DNA of 64,000 bases from Macrostomum lignano (Eukaryota), in NCBI GenBank assembly GCA_002269645.1, contig NIVC01002088.1, positions 141,631-205,630 on the forward strand. Reading direction: 5' to 3'. The stretch's first letter is position 1; every line of letters begins with the position of its first letter. Positions 1-13,176 of the stretch are shown here, in pieces. Below the pieces are notes generated by a model. That model saw only the letters and a list, made by a program, of their open reading frames with translations, was not told where the DNA came from and did no database searches. Made by a program: the position numbers and the translations under genes.

Positions 1-31
<31 letters not shown>

Positions 32-44
32 ACTCTACTTACTC

Positions 45-136
<92 letters not shown>

Positions 137-162
137 CTACTTACTTACTTAAACTTACTTAA

Positions 163-196
<34 letters not shown>

Positions 197-238
197 TTAC
201 TTACTTACTTACTTACTTACGACACTTACTTACTTGAC

Positions 239-302
<64 letters not shown>

Positions 303-303
303 A

Positions 304-387
<84 letters not shown>

Positions 388-403
388 CTACTTACTTACT
401 TAC
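1..403. repeat. (TTAC)n microsatellite, intronic, ending at the 3' splice site of the first visible polycystin exon
   Basis: About 100 near-perfect TTAC units, followed by TTTAG at 404-408. Confidence 0.95.
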
Positions 404-408
404 TTTAG

Positions 409-3400
409 ATTTCGTTAAAACCGGATCGAACATCTGGCAAGCATCAGACTCTACTATCAATGCGGAGAACAGTCGACTCGCTTCGCTGTGCGGTGGTTTG
501 TCGAACGAAACATTGGAGAACTGCAGTGTCACACTAGAAGATGTTGGAACTACAACTGCATTGCCATTTGATGAGACCACAACCTCTCTGAGTGGCGCTG
601 CATTGTCAAACGCAATAACAGAAGTGAATTCGCGAGCGAAACATGTCATTGACACGGTCCTCACAAGATCGACGAGGTGACGAGTTTGGTGATCCAGGAC
701 ACAGAAGATGGCGAATATTCGTTCGACGACACCGCCATGGCCGCTGTTGGACGTCGCATGAACGACTCTAGCGACGGAAATGTGACGATGAAGTCGAGGT
801 TTGGCGAAATTTCGCTACCTGCAGGCGGAAACGGTGGCTGTAACGTGAAAGCGATATTTGCTAAAAACAACCCTTACGTGTGGCAACTTCAGCAAGAATG
901 TGAAGTCATCCACCATGATTCTGAAACGCGAAAACTGTTCGCTGCCTCTGGTGGCCATTCGCGCAGACGTCGAGCGGCTACTCTGGCGGACACAGTTGAA
1001 CCATTCGAACTGACTCTGGCGACAGCTCCGGCCGATATGATGCAAGTGAATCGAACACCCGAAGACAAGTGGCTCATGTTCTACCACAGCTTCCGAGTAG
1101 CCAGTGAGACAGATCTGCTGCAGGTCACTGTTGTTCCGCTCAATCCGAGTCATCAATTCGAAGTACTGCTTCAGTCTGACTACGTACCAACTCCTGATAA
1201 CGCAAGCATGTCAATGATGATGCCGATTCCACCCAGTAACCTGACAGAGATACATGGAGTCGATCTGAGCACACTGAGCAGCAGCGAATTGTGGGAGTAT
1301 CAGACCATGTTTTATGTGCCACGAGGACTTCTCAATACCTCTGGGACGCACTACATCGGAGTGAGGCGTCGAGGCTGCTACAAGGACAGCTCAGCAACTG
1401 TGATGTGCTCGGACCCGCTCTTGAACTACAACTTCAGCATTGTACGTCACTCGTGTCAACGTTGGGAAGAAGCTTTCAATCGCTGGCTGCCGCTTCCAGA
1501 GGCCAACTGCATGCCACTGGAGAAGGGAACTCCAACCAAGCCGGTTTTCCGAAGCAACTTGTTCGGCAGTCTTGGCGTGGGCATCAATCTTACACCAAAC
1601 TTGATTGACTTTGGCAAGCTGTTTGACAACTGGCAAGGAAAGCTGGCAGAGGCCGCGGTCGTGCTCAGCACAGTGATTGCGCTCTGGTGCCTCTTCATTC
1701 CTCTGGCCGTCATTCTACGCAGACTTGATAAGAACGACGCGAGAATGGTACGTTTAGGTTCATTATGCAGTTTTGAATAAATTGAATCGGTGTGTAAAAA
1801 TATTTCAGTCAAAAACCAAAAGCAAGTTCCATATGATGGTTTTGCTAATTCTAGGACTTGACTTGTGTCATTTCTATCTACTAGCGCACCCTCACTAAAC
1901 GTATTCCAGTTCGAGTATCTGCCGTTGTCAGACGACTGCTCAAGACCGCATCGCTATCTAATCGATGTGTACACAGGCGCTAACAAACACAGCGGGACAG
2001 AGTCCGCCATCTACTTTACTCTGGTCGGCACTGAGAGTCGTGCCGCTTGCCGGCGTCTCGACGACGGAATTCGTCAGGTTCGTCAGTGAAACTGGCAATA
2101 CATTTTAGAATCTTATATTTGGCACAGCTCCAACTTGATTGTTCGATTGTAATTTCGTTTCAGAACTTCACCGACGGCGCAATCAATCACTTTGTCATGA
2201 CATGTGATCGACATCTTGGAGATATCAAGTACATGTGGATCTGGCACGATGGCTCCGGATACGCTGAGAAATGCGACTGGTTCTTGAATCGCATCATCAT
2301 CACGGACACCCTCTATAATGCGAAGTAGGTTTTGTTGCTTTAGAAATATAAGTTTTCTGCTTGTATTGAGCATTGCGTAGATAAGTACATTGATACCGGT
2401 TCTTCATTTCAGATACTTCTTCATTCACAACGGCTTTGTTGATGAGGACTCCGAGACGACACCAGTTGTGATGAAGCTGGCCACGAAAGACGACATTGCC
2501 TACTCGCATGGTCTGGTTCGCAACAACCTGTCCAGAAAAATGACTGACGATCATCTGTGGATGTCGCTCATGTCCCGCAAGACGGACACGAACTTCAGCC
2601 GACTTCAACGGTTGGGCGTCTGTTTCAGCATTCTGTTCATGACGATGATTGCCAACGCAATGTGGTACGGAGTGGCCGAGGGCGGTCCGAGTGCAAGCGC
2701 AAAATACACATCGGACCGATCAGTTTCTCTCTGAATGCACTCTTCACGTCTGTACTTGGTGCGTTGTGTGTGGTCCCGGTCACTGCAGCCATCACCATCT
2801 TCTTTCTGAAGTCTGCAAAGAAAGTCAAGTCCAATGAACTGCCACAGCCAGCTCACGAGCAGCCAGAACACTCTGGACAGAATATATCAGCAGTTGAGAT
2901 AAAAGAAGATGAAGAGACACACATCAATGACGAGATAGTGAAGAGATCCCAGCGATACTGTGTAGTCAATGGAGACGACGCATACGAAAAGAATGACACA
3001 GCTGATGGCGACTTTGACCAGGCTTATCTCAATGAGCTTGAGATGCTAGATAGGCAGTGCGAGGACAGCGTCAGTACACCTCTGCGAATGCCTGAGAACA
3101 AGCGGAAACGAGCCAAGAAGTTTCAGTTGCCCTATTGGTTTCAGTATATTGGCTGGGTGCTGGTCCTTGGCAGCATTATTGCAGCTGGTGTCTTCATTGT
3201 GTTCTACGCAATGGACTGGGGAAAAACCAAGTCGGAGGAATGGCTGGCAGCCTTCTTCCTGTCTCTGTTCCAGTCCATGCTGCTTATTCAGCCGTTGAAG
3301 GTGAGGCTTTGATGATGAATGAGTGTAAGAATCGAATCCTAGAGTAATCAAATGGCATACCGTAAAATTAACTTCAGGTTCTGGCAATCGGTCTGATAAT

Positions 3401-5400
3401 ATCTGTGCTGATGAGAAAGGACTATGACGCCAAGGACATGGACTTCATCCGAGTGAGATACAGGCATCCACAAAAGCAGATTAGTAAGTTTAATTCAATT
3501 CTATAGGATCAATTCTCTTGCTTCTGGAATGATTTGCAGAATACAAACTGTGTAATTTGGCACTTGCATTTATGTCACTTGCATTTATGTCACTTGCATT
3601 TATGTCACTTGCATTTATGTCACCATCTAAAATGCAGACGGATTCCGCTACATTCACGAGATTGAAGAGAACGATCAGAATAACCAGTTGAAATCCAAAG
3701 CAAAGCGAACTTCAATCGAAATTGTTGGGAGCTTCATTCTTCTGGCACTGCTGTACTGCATCTGTTATGGAAACCTGGATCCGTGTACATTCAACCTGCA
3801 CACAAGCATCAAGAACCACTTGTTCAAAGCGAGCAATCCAAAGGTGCCTGCAACAGGACTGGAAAACGTAAACACGGCGGCGGAATATTATGTATACCTG
3901 CAGAGCACGCTGTTGCCTCGCTTATTCCCAGTTCAGGCCCTTGGACAGAATCTGAGTTCAGCACGGGGCAAGTTCATCGCCGATTTGGTTGGCTTTCGGC
4001 TGGGTCATGCCACTCTGCGTCAGTTGCGCATACGCCCTGTGGATGTCCAGGCGATTGCCAAGTCTGCCGACTACAGCTTTCAAGCAGATACTCGGCAGTG
4101 CTTCTACCCTGGCTGGAAGGTGCCCCGTGACTGCAACTTCACCGACAGTGTTAATGCTCTCGACCTGGCCTTCCTTGGCTTGAGTGCAAGGCGGACAAAC
4201 AGCTTGCCTTTCTGGGGCACAATGCACATGTATGCAGGTGGTGGATACACTGCTGTGCTGCCGAACAATTTTGATGAAGCGTCAAGCCTTGTGCATCAGC
4301 TCAACTCAAGCAATTGGATCGACAACTACACGCGAACAGTGTTTGTAGAGCTGGACTTGTTTTATCCGGATGTAAACCTATTTTCGTCAGTGGTGTTTGC
4401 TACCGAGTTCTTTGCGTATGGGGGCGCTCAGTCTGTGGCTCAACTCTACACCACCAAGTTGTATAGGTGAGTATGTTTTCAAACATTTTTGCTGCAATAT
4501 TTTATGTGGTTAGAAAATCATAGAATCTAGAAACCACACAGTCTGAATATTTTACATTTATCCTATATAATCTACAGATACGTTGGAGTGCTTGGTCTGT
4601 TCGCTCTGATCACAGAGATCATGACAGGCCTACTAACTTTAGGCTTGTTGGTGAAGACCATACTGGACATCAAAAGAGAGCGGTGGGACTACCTGAAGAG
4701 CCCATGGAATATCTACACACTCGCTTCATTTGTGTGTCTGGTTGCAGCAGCTGGATTCTACATTCTGCGCTCCATGGCGACTGTGTCTTCACTAGAAGCA
4801 ATGCAGAACGCTTCAGGACTTAGCACCAACCTGAGATACGTCATGTACCTGAACGAGACCTTCTTCTACCTGCTCGGTGCTGCCACGTTCCTGGTTCAGG
4901 TCTCGTTTCTGAACATGGTCCGCTTCAGCCGAAATCTCAACCACCTGCTCGGCACTCTGACCCGATCTCTGAACCAGCTGCGCTCCTTCTTCTGGGTGTT
5001 CATCATTGTGTTCATGGCGTTTACACTGTCGCAGTATCTGATTATCGGAACGCTGGAAAAGCCGTTCCGCTCTGTGCAAGCGTCGATGATCACCCAGTTC
5101 TCAGCCATGCTGGGAAAGTTCGACGTCAGCTACATCGTGCGGAACGGTCTATTGGCTAGGATTGTATTCCTGGCCTATATTACATTCATAATGTACATCG
5201 TGCTAAACATGTTCGTTTCAATCCTCAATGACAACTATGAGGTGGTTAGAAAAGAGATGGATTCAGCACCAGATGAGGAGGACTTCAAGATAATCGATTA
5301 CATAATTGAGAGCGTGAGCAAGATCGTGCGTGGCCGGCCGCAAGAGGAATACACAGAGCTGCAGGAAGATCGTAAGAATCGAATTGCTGCTTTTTCTTAG
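409..5400 (+). CDS. PKD1-like: Polycystin-1 family (PKD1-like/REJ-type) 11-TM protein, 5'-partial and spliced. Exons approx. 409-1747, 1910-2077, 2164-2324, 2413-3300, 3378-3483, 3639-4466, 4578-5400. Single-base frameshifts near 663 and 2702
   Basis: Domain order: GPS-like motif (CQRW..NRW..C), TM1, PLAT/LH2 (YLIDVYTG..SGT; LGDIKYMWIWHDGSG..WFL), DDHLWMS..FSRLQRL motif, further TMs, polycystin (TOP) domain (YAGGGY, WIDNYTRTVF), PKD-channel TMs (QFSAMLGKFD; LNMFVSILNDNY). GT..AG junctions are phase-consistent. Confidence 0.9.
3561..3623. repeat. 15-bp tandem repeat (CACTTGCATTTATGT) x4 in a polycystin intron
   Basis: Read directly from the sequence. Confidence 0.9.
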
Positions 5401-8400
5401 CAGAAGAATGCGTGTGTGAAAATCGTTTCCAGTCTCCTGCGATTAAAAGAAAAGATCCAAAAATCGTCCATTCTCGTGCATGCTTCTTTATCTTTAAATA
5501 TTAGGCTATATGCAGAGAATAAAAATCGATTTTCTGACCAGCAGTTCAGCGTAGTACTCGTATTTTTCAAGTTTTCGAAATTTTTCATTTGAGTTGTCCT
5601 AGATTTGCGGTTTGTACAGCAGTAATTACGTTCATTACTTTCCATAAGGGTAGCAGATACCTCTGACACAATTATTGATCATGTCCGATTTCGACGAGGA
5701 GCCTCCTTTCTTCTACAGATTTAACGTTGTAGGCTTATTTTGCTTCAATAACTTTAGTTTTTATATTTAATGTTTTTTTCGAAAGAGATTTTCTCCCAGA
5801 AAAAGCAGCTAATTCTTCTTATTCCCTTTGCGGATCAATGCTTATCAATGCTTCCTGAAATCCTTATCAACCTTTCAAGTGCTCGTAAATTTTTTTAGAT
5901 TTATTTAGGAATTAAATTTTTATTTAATAAAGTGTCACTTGTACGCAGGAAAATATAATCAGAGCATATCAGTGGTTATAGTAGTTTTTTAATTGTTTTT
6001 ATATGATTACACCAGTCTCGTACACGCTCAATGTCCCAGTCTTCGGTAGTCAGAAGGCCAATCGGATTGATTATACGGCTCGTATTTCTCGGTAAATTTA
6101 CCCTCACAATTTAAGAGACATTCTATAAGTGAACAAGAGATAAATTGACTGTATTGGATTAATAAACAAATTAAACACATACAAACGATAGTAAAATTAG
6201 AATTTGAAGTTGGCAAAAAAACCTTAAACCGATCAATCGTCAGTCGAATTTTTATGAAACTCTAGAAGTTACGTCATCACTGAACTCAAAGTACATCTAT
6301 GGGAATGAAGGCCTCGAAATATCGTTTTCTGATAGTTAATTATTAAAACTTTTTTCTAAACGAGCTCCTATATATACATTTCTCTCTTCTCTCTTCTTCT
6401 CTTTTTTTGTTTCTTTTATTTACTGCAGCGAATTTTTTAATGAAAATTTTTATGGTTAGAATAAAAAACTACACTACCAACGGACGCTCTGCCCCTGCAC
6501 CCCCGCTCGCAGTTGGAAATATCTATGGTAAAATGTCTACAATAATACAATTATCACCCTCCTTTTTGGACAGAACTGGGAAGCCATAGTACAACTAGAA
6601 TCTTAAAAAATTGACCTGGAAAAAAGCTAGAAAAAGTCAATAAAGCTGACCACAGTCACTGAAAGTTTTAGTTCAGTAGAGGGAAATAGACTGTACTGAA
6701 CGACACAAGGGTTTTGAACTTGCGCGGGGTAATCGCGCGGCCAAATAGGGAAGGCGGCTACGGTACTCTGCATCACTTTCTAAAATGCGATTTGACTGCC
6801 CGAAAATAAAATTCAACGACGAGATGGCAGCGTTTCTGGGCGCCTTACGCTCCGTCTGCTGCGCAGAAATCGCACAAAAGCATTGCACCGGCAAGAACTG
6901 CGAAGATGATGACATCGTTTTCACGCAGGAAGATGTGCACTTTAACCTCACACCTGGTGACGGTCACCATGATATCTGCAGCACAAGAATGCATGCACTT
7001 GTCGTTCTAGCTACTGAACTTAAACTATAAGCAGACGGTGATGGCTACAATTTTCAAGGAATACGAGTACATTGGGTCTATAGGCGCGCCCAAGTACACA
7101 TAGTGGCCTATCTAGGGAATATGCGATCTATGCCTAGAACTAGCGGTGCCCTCTCAATCTCTCATTTCTTGGAGCAAAGGAGGGGCAAAAATACAATTAT
7201 TAAATAGGGAATATAACAAACATTCGTGGGAATTTATTTCTAGCAAATTAGCTTGGTTGATTTCGAATAGCGCGCTTTTTAACATCCCATGCGCATTTCT
7301 GAATTTAGAACATCTCGTCTCTTTAAACTGATTTTCACAATTGATTTATTCATTAATTTATTGATTGATTGATTTGCTTTTAGACTGGGTACAAAAGGCA
7401 GAGGATTTGACAATTCGTCTCTTTGAAGCCGACCGGCGACTGCGCAGAGAGGACCCCTACGAAGCGGCGATGCGACATCTCGCTACCCGCGGCTGGATTG
7501 CTGCTAGGAAAGCTGCTCGGCCGACAACCAGCCGGAGATTAGTTGTCGATGCCTAAGAATCCTAAGGTCACCTGTCTTAGATAGACTGTCATTTTCGTAT
7601 GAAACTCGATTTTCACTATTCGAAGTTAGTAACTTAGAAGAGAAAACACAAGGACCACTAGAAGTTACCGTTGTATACAACCTTGAGAAATTATTGAGAA
7701 GTAGGCTGCTGATCATTCTCGTCGGGTGTTCGCTCTGGTATTCCATCGAGTCCTGATTGCTGCAGCTCCAGTAAATGAGATAAAGATCTTTGATCGCAGT
7801 GGAGTGTGCGCGAAATTGAGTATAGCTTTGTGCATTAATTGCGGGCTTTGATGGCGGTGCAAACGAGTAGCCATAAGTAGGGAATTATTTATGCTAAATC
7901 CATTTTTATAATTTACTTTACGTTAATAGACATGCTTTATATGTTGCTTTACTCAAGTTAATTTTTGTCAGTCAAGTATCTTCAATCAATTTTTCTCCAT
8001 TCCCATTAAGGCAGTATGCAGTGTGAACGGGCCTTTTAGGCTCCAGTTTAGCTTAGATCATTAGAAGTTTTTCATTTGGTTTTGGTTTGCAAAGATAATA
8101 TATTGTAGTAAGAAAATCGCCTCTGTGATATTTTATTCAAACTGAGGAAAATGAGTTTTTTGTGTTATCGGGGCGCATGACCCCTTTGTTTACTCTCGGG
8201 TGGTCAGCTGACATCTTTATACTTCACTTGCCCAGATCCGCCACATCTGAGTCAAATTTTTCTTTTTCTTTGTTCTCTAGAATATTTCCTTTGCGCGCAG
8301 CTTCGTAGAAATTTTTGAAAATTTAAAGTTTTTCAGTTTTGTTCGCAAAGATCGCCAAAAATATAATGTTTAGTCGTTTTTATCCGTGTTTTCTCGACGA

Positions 8401-9034
8401 AACAATAAATAAATTTTACTATGCTTAAATCAATCAGACACAAATATCGATTATTACTGGGTACCAAAACTAGTTTTGTTTGAATTGGCGTCAATGGCCA
8501 ATCGATACTTTTGGGCCCATGAGGACCTGCCCCCCCCCCTCCACAGAGTGTGTACACACTTGACGATGAAAAAGTCAGGACTGCGGTACACCTGTGTACC
8601 TGCGTACAGAATTATTTATAAAAATACGGCACTCATGTGTTTCAGTCGCCTGCAACAGCGCGTAAAATTCCATTCTGATGTCATTTTTAGCTACAAGCGT
8701 ATGATCCTTTTCAAAAAAGATTATTTGCTAGGCATAACGACTAAATGATGGCTGGAATTTGAAATAAAAGGATTCAGTTCTAGAAAATGTGAAAGTGCGT
8801 AAAATATCTTTAGGAATACAGAAAAGCAAATGAGGTAAAATGATTAATGACAAAAGCATATTAGCAAAAAAAGATTTTAAAAAGACGAAAGTCACTGGTT
8901 TGATGAAGGAAAATTGCGCAAATTTTTCGGAAAATATGGATGGAAAAAGTCTGGAGCGATTTTTCTTCAGCCTTAAGCTAGACGAATTTTAGTATCGTTT
9001 TATGAGCCTTCACATCTGATAGCTAACTTTCACT

Positions 9035-9076
9035 CTGCTGCTAGCTGCTGCTGCTGCTGCTGCTGCTGTTGCTGCT
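9035..9076. repeat. (CTG)n microsatellite
   Basis: About 13 imperfect CTG units. Confidence 0.85.
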
Positions 9077-9116
9077 CGTCACCCTCCGCTTTGCTTTCCG
9101 GTTACTTCCGTACGCT

Positions 9117-12100
9117 TTAATCCGTCTTCCGAGGGCTTCGATTACTTTTCCCGCCAGGGTTTCTTTCCTAGAAGTGTAAGAAATTTTAGCTTGAATGAGC
9201 TGCGGGATGATTTGAAATTCTAAAATAAGGCTAGAAAACCCGCGCTGGAAAAATCCAAGCGACAAAAGGAAATTTAGGGTTAAGTTTAGGCCATGGCTCG
9301 AGGCTTGAGGGAAGTTGCCAGCGGTCAAGGTGGGGGGCGTTTCGATGCCAAAGCTCAAACTGGATACTTAGATATTAGGCTAGATAGCTGGCTTTCAGGG
9401 CTGATGCTTGTTTGCTAACTACGACGTAACACTAGTGACTGAACAAGGCTTTCTACTCGAGCATGTAGATTTTATGCAAAAAATAATTTCTTTGTTGCCT
9501 CCCTGAGGGGGGAGGGCAAAGAGTGCTAGTTTTGGGCTAAAAACTGTAAAACTTCCTTAGCTTTCTAATACACTTTGCAGCTGAAACCGATCTCCATTGA
9601 AATTTGCACGAAATTTGAGTGCAGCTTCAGTTGTCCATGGTGCAAAGTTCAATTACTCTGCCGTTTAAGACAATCAGCGGTTCAATGCAATTGTCAGACA
9701 GTCGTAAGATGCGATGCCGATCCCTTGTCGGCAAGGAATATTTCGGTAATTTTTCGGTCCACTGTAAATAAAACGGAAATCTTATAAAAAAGGAAGATAA
9801 TCAAGCAGTAATATACTCTAACTAAAAGATGTTCTTAGTAAAACGAGGAAGGTTTTTCTTTAACCATTTGGAAGCCAAAGGCCTGCACTGCAGGCCATAC
9901 CGAAACGGCCCAGAAACCCAGAGATTGAAAAATGTCTATGGCATCAAAAACCATCTCCCAATCACTAAAGCAAGTGCCCAGTATGGCCTGCTGTGCAGGC
10001 CATGACTGATTTAAAGACGTCCATTGTGCATTTCTATTGTGTTTTCACTCAAATGAGAAATGTTAAAGGGGAAATAAAGCGTGGATGAATTAGCATGGAT
10101 CTGGACAGAGACCAGGATTTCCGGGACATTGGCCGCAGCAAAATACTGTCTTCTTAGCTGGAACGTCAGGTTTCAAATTCGGAATCGTTTGCTTGGGCGA
10201 GTCTGGGCTTCCGTTGCAGGGAGTCGTCCGTGTATATGTGGTATCCTTCGCCCAGCACTTCGCGGCTAAGCTTAACAACAACTCTCGCTCTCTTCCTCGC
10301 CATTTTCTGCACTCTCCTGCTGGAACTCCCTGACTGCCAACCACATTCGCTCATTGGTCCATGTGACAAGACGGTGGTGAGAAACTCTTCAGTCAGGAAG
10401 ATTGATAAAAATTATTTCATACTTTCGTCTGGATTTTCTGGTAGACCAGTGCTTAGATTGATGGTCGAAAACCCTCGGAATACCGGCATCCCGTCGTGGT
10501 CAAACGAGTTGTCATTTCCAGGGGTTACTTCAACCCATTCCGCGGTCGCCTCATCTTGGCTCTGATCAATTTCTGGATCCATGCCTTCCGACTCTGTTTC
10601 TGACTCAAAAACCGTCGAGTCATTGCTTGATAAAGCGTCTTCCGAATCGGAATCGAGTCCCAGTCTGCGCAAGGCGTCACTTTTAGCTGTCCTATTCGGC
10701 CGCGTAAAAGCCATTTGTGGGTAGGAAGGTTTGAACAGGAGCTAGCTGAAAAACTATGTGATATACTTTACTTCTGGGCTTCTAGAGTGTGCACTCGATT
10801 CAGCAAAAAAGACAAATTTGTCTATGGACTGCTCTGCAGGCCTTTGGGCTTTTAAGCCATCTTGCGGAACCAAGCTTGGGCGCGAAGCTGGTGCGACTGA
10901 GTGTCGCTTTGTCTCATGTTGATTTTGGAGTGAAATTTGTTGCATCTTGAATTCTTCTGAACAACTCGATCACTCACCCACCAATCGTTGGGGTAGCGGC
11001 TAATCCGATCCATGTGCTGGAAGCTCTGCTGCCAGTCCTCCTGCCAATTGGCCAGTTCGCTGTCCCGGGAACTCTGGAGAACCCTCTCCATGATGACCTT
11101 GTTGCCTCTGGTCACTCCGATGAGATCCCGCTGTCGCCTCTTTGTGTTTAGGCTGCGAGAATGTAATGGATATAAGAAGTTTTATACCCTTGCTGAATTG
11201 AATCGAGGTTGTAGGAAGTTTTAGCCTAGTGATTAGAGCGTCAGACTCACGACTGAAAGGTGAGGGGTTCGATTCTCGACCCACTCGGACCAATTTGGGT
11301 CCTTGAGCAAGGCACTTAACTCTGTATTGCTTCAGTTCACCCAGCTGTAAAATGGGTGCCAGCATTAGCTGGGGTAATAGAGGGTGTGTGTGCCGACCCC
11401 CCAGTCCTTGGACTGAACAGCCGTACGCAGCCTTCAGCATAAATGACGAATTTTACCAACGAGCCTTTTTCACATTCCGACTATCAAACCTGATTGTGAA
11501 TATTTTTACAGGCCTCACCTCCTGGGGGTGTAGTCGCAGTGATTGTCCAGTCCGGAGCCGCTTTTCATGATTTGAGTAATCTTCTCCAACAGCTGTCGAT
11601 TTTCGTAGTCTACAATGGCCTGTCTCTCGGCATCCATCTGGAGCTTCTTTGGCTTCGCGTAAAGGTGCATATAGGTCATTGGCGAGCTTGTGTCCACCAC
11701 TGGCTTGACCCTCTGAAGCTTCACGGGGCAAAAATCGCGTACTTAGTACATCAGTGGCGAATATTTCCAATCCACAATACTAAAAATGAGTCGTCTCTAT
11801 CTGTCTATATTATTGATTTCAGAAAAAACGGCTCAACCGATTTTCATAAAAGTTGCACCGTTTGATCAGGATTTCTAAACTTTTTTGTTAAGAATTTGCC
11901 ACCTGTTTGCCACATCGTGCCACCTTTTGAAGGTCCAGAAGCTCCTACTGGGTGGAGGCAGTGACCAACAAAGTCAGAGTTGATGAAGACACATGTGGTC
12001 GACGCGCTTGTTGAATTTGGAGGCTTGGGAAGGCCACACTAAGGTGCAGTACTGATTGGCGTACAGGGTTGTATCGAATACACTAGCGCAATTATGGGAA

Positions 12101-13176
12101 AAATTAAAAATTTCTGAAAGATTTTTTGAATATCTCGACGGTCCGGAGGGCGCAAATATTCGTATTTGAGAGGGTGCAAAACAAAAAAAATAGCACGTGT
12201 TCTTGAATTTCGTGTGCCTGCGTTGCTCCGCCGCTGCAAAAAATTTTCAGGGGGGGGGATTCCCCCCTCTTGGTAGTTTGGCGGGCGAAAAAATGGCTTG
12301 GTATTCCTAATGTTAATTAGCTCTGATTTAGTGCAAGCTGGGCCGGCAAACTCCGGCCCGCGGGCCACATGCGGCCCGCAAAGCCTCTCTATTCGGCCCG
12401 GTTAAAGTTGGGGTCTCTTTTCAGCTGTCTTATTTTCTCTCCTCTCTCCCTTCTTCTCTCTCCCCTCTTCTCGCTCCTCTCTCCACTCTTCCCTCTCCTC
12501 TCGCTACCCTCTCCTCTGCTCACTCCTATCTCCTTTTTTTCTCCTCTAGCCCTCTCCCTTCTCTCTCTCTTCTCTCTCCTCTTTTCTCTCATTTCATCTC
12601 TTGCCTCTCTAATCTTCTCTCAGCTCTTGTCTTCTATTCCCTCTCCTTTCCACTCTCATCTGGCCCGCTGGATCTTTATTTGGCCCAGGGGTAAAAAGTC
12701 AGCCGACCCTGATTAAGTGTTAAGATAGCAAATATTATAAAATTTCAAACTCACTACATTTAATGATAGGTATATATCAGGGGCGTAGGGAGGGGGGATA
12801 GGGGGGTTTATCCCCCCCCCGAAGGGCCTGACCAAAACTTTTTTGTTGCCCTTTGTTGCTATACATGCTACCATGTGACTCTGTCATAGCACTTTTACCT
12901 TGGTGTATCCTCCCCCTGTAGAAAATTCACCTTGGTGTATCCCCCCGTAGGAAATTCCTGGCTACGCCCCTGGTATATATATAGCTATAGACAAGGGCAA
13001 GTTAAAAATAAGGGAAAAAATTATGTGGATTATTTATATGCTGTAGGAATATGTAATACAAATCCGCATGCATCGACATTTACCTCCTTTCTGTGTCGCT
13101 CATATGCAGCCTCATCAAACTGCTTTTGAAGATAGCGACTTTGACAAGGCGAAACCGTATAGAAGGTTTTGTGCAT
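9117..13176 (-). CDS. CFAP97D-like: CFAP97D/KIAA1430-domain axonemal protein, about 172 aa. Exons 13084-13176, 11519-11718, 10978-11152 and a candidate last exon 9117-9167
   Basis: Spliced product MHKTFY..YLQKQFD..Y.RH..KPVVDT..P.TY.HL..K.KK.Q...ER...D.EN..LL.KI..IM..DN...SLN.KRR..N..I.ER..W..DW..M.RISRYP matches the family pattern as I recall it. Splice phases are consistent. The last exon is a weaker call. Confidence 0.8.
9860..10855 (-). mobile_element. Internally deleted, non-autonomous piggyBac remnant in the last intron of the CFAP97D-like gene
   Basis: TTAA|CCATTTGGAAGCCAAAGGCCTGCA.. at the left end, with a partial inverted copy ending at TTAA 10852-10855. Subterminal inverted repeat 9880-9900/9981-10001. 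Transposase fragments: acidic N-terminus plus 'TGLP..MK*FLSIFLTEEFLTTV', 'VVVKLSREVLGEGYHIYTDD', and a C-terminal Cys-rich 'KKTVFCCGQCPGNPGLCPDPC'. Confidence 0.8.
11222..11470 (+). mobile_element. tRNA-derived SINE with a CORE-like central domain
   Basis: A-box-like TAGCCTAGTGATTAGAGC and B-box GGTTCGATTC, then GGTCCTTGAGCAAGGCACTTAACTC..CAGTTCACCCAGCTGTAAAATGGG, which resembles the MIR/CORE consensus. The 3' end is uncertain. Confidence 0.7.
12338..12711. mobile_element. Degenerate hAT (Charlie-like) MITE with a CT-rich interior
   Basis: Begins ..GGCCGGCAAACTCCGGCCCGCGGGCCACATGCGGCCC and ends AAAAAGTCAGCCGACCCTG. No TSD recovered. Confidence 0.55.
12778..12972. mobile_element. hAT-type MITE (195 bp) with an 8-bp TSD
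   Basis: TIRs CAGGGGCGTAG / CTACGCCCCTG, flanked by GTATATAT at 12770-12777 and 12973-12980. Confidence 0.85.

Noticed and set aside
234-408. LLTY-repeat N-terminus of ORF 234..680
   Set aside because: It is the translation of the intronic (TTAC)n; the real exon starts at 409.
6673-7746. Short GC-richer ORFs or possible exons (6785-7030, 7365-7556)
   Set aside because: No recognisable family and no coherent spliced model could be built.
10852-10977. CFAP97D-like ORF ending at the piggyBac TTAA
   Set aside because: A strong GTGAGT donor at 10977 and a phase-matched exon at 9117-9167 explain the gene end better; read-through is not excluded.
11787-11930. Helentron/DINE-like fragment (CTATCTGTCT..AAAACGGCTCAACCGATTTT)
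   Set aside because: Only a short motif resemblance; no 3' hairpin or boundaries could be defined.
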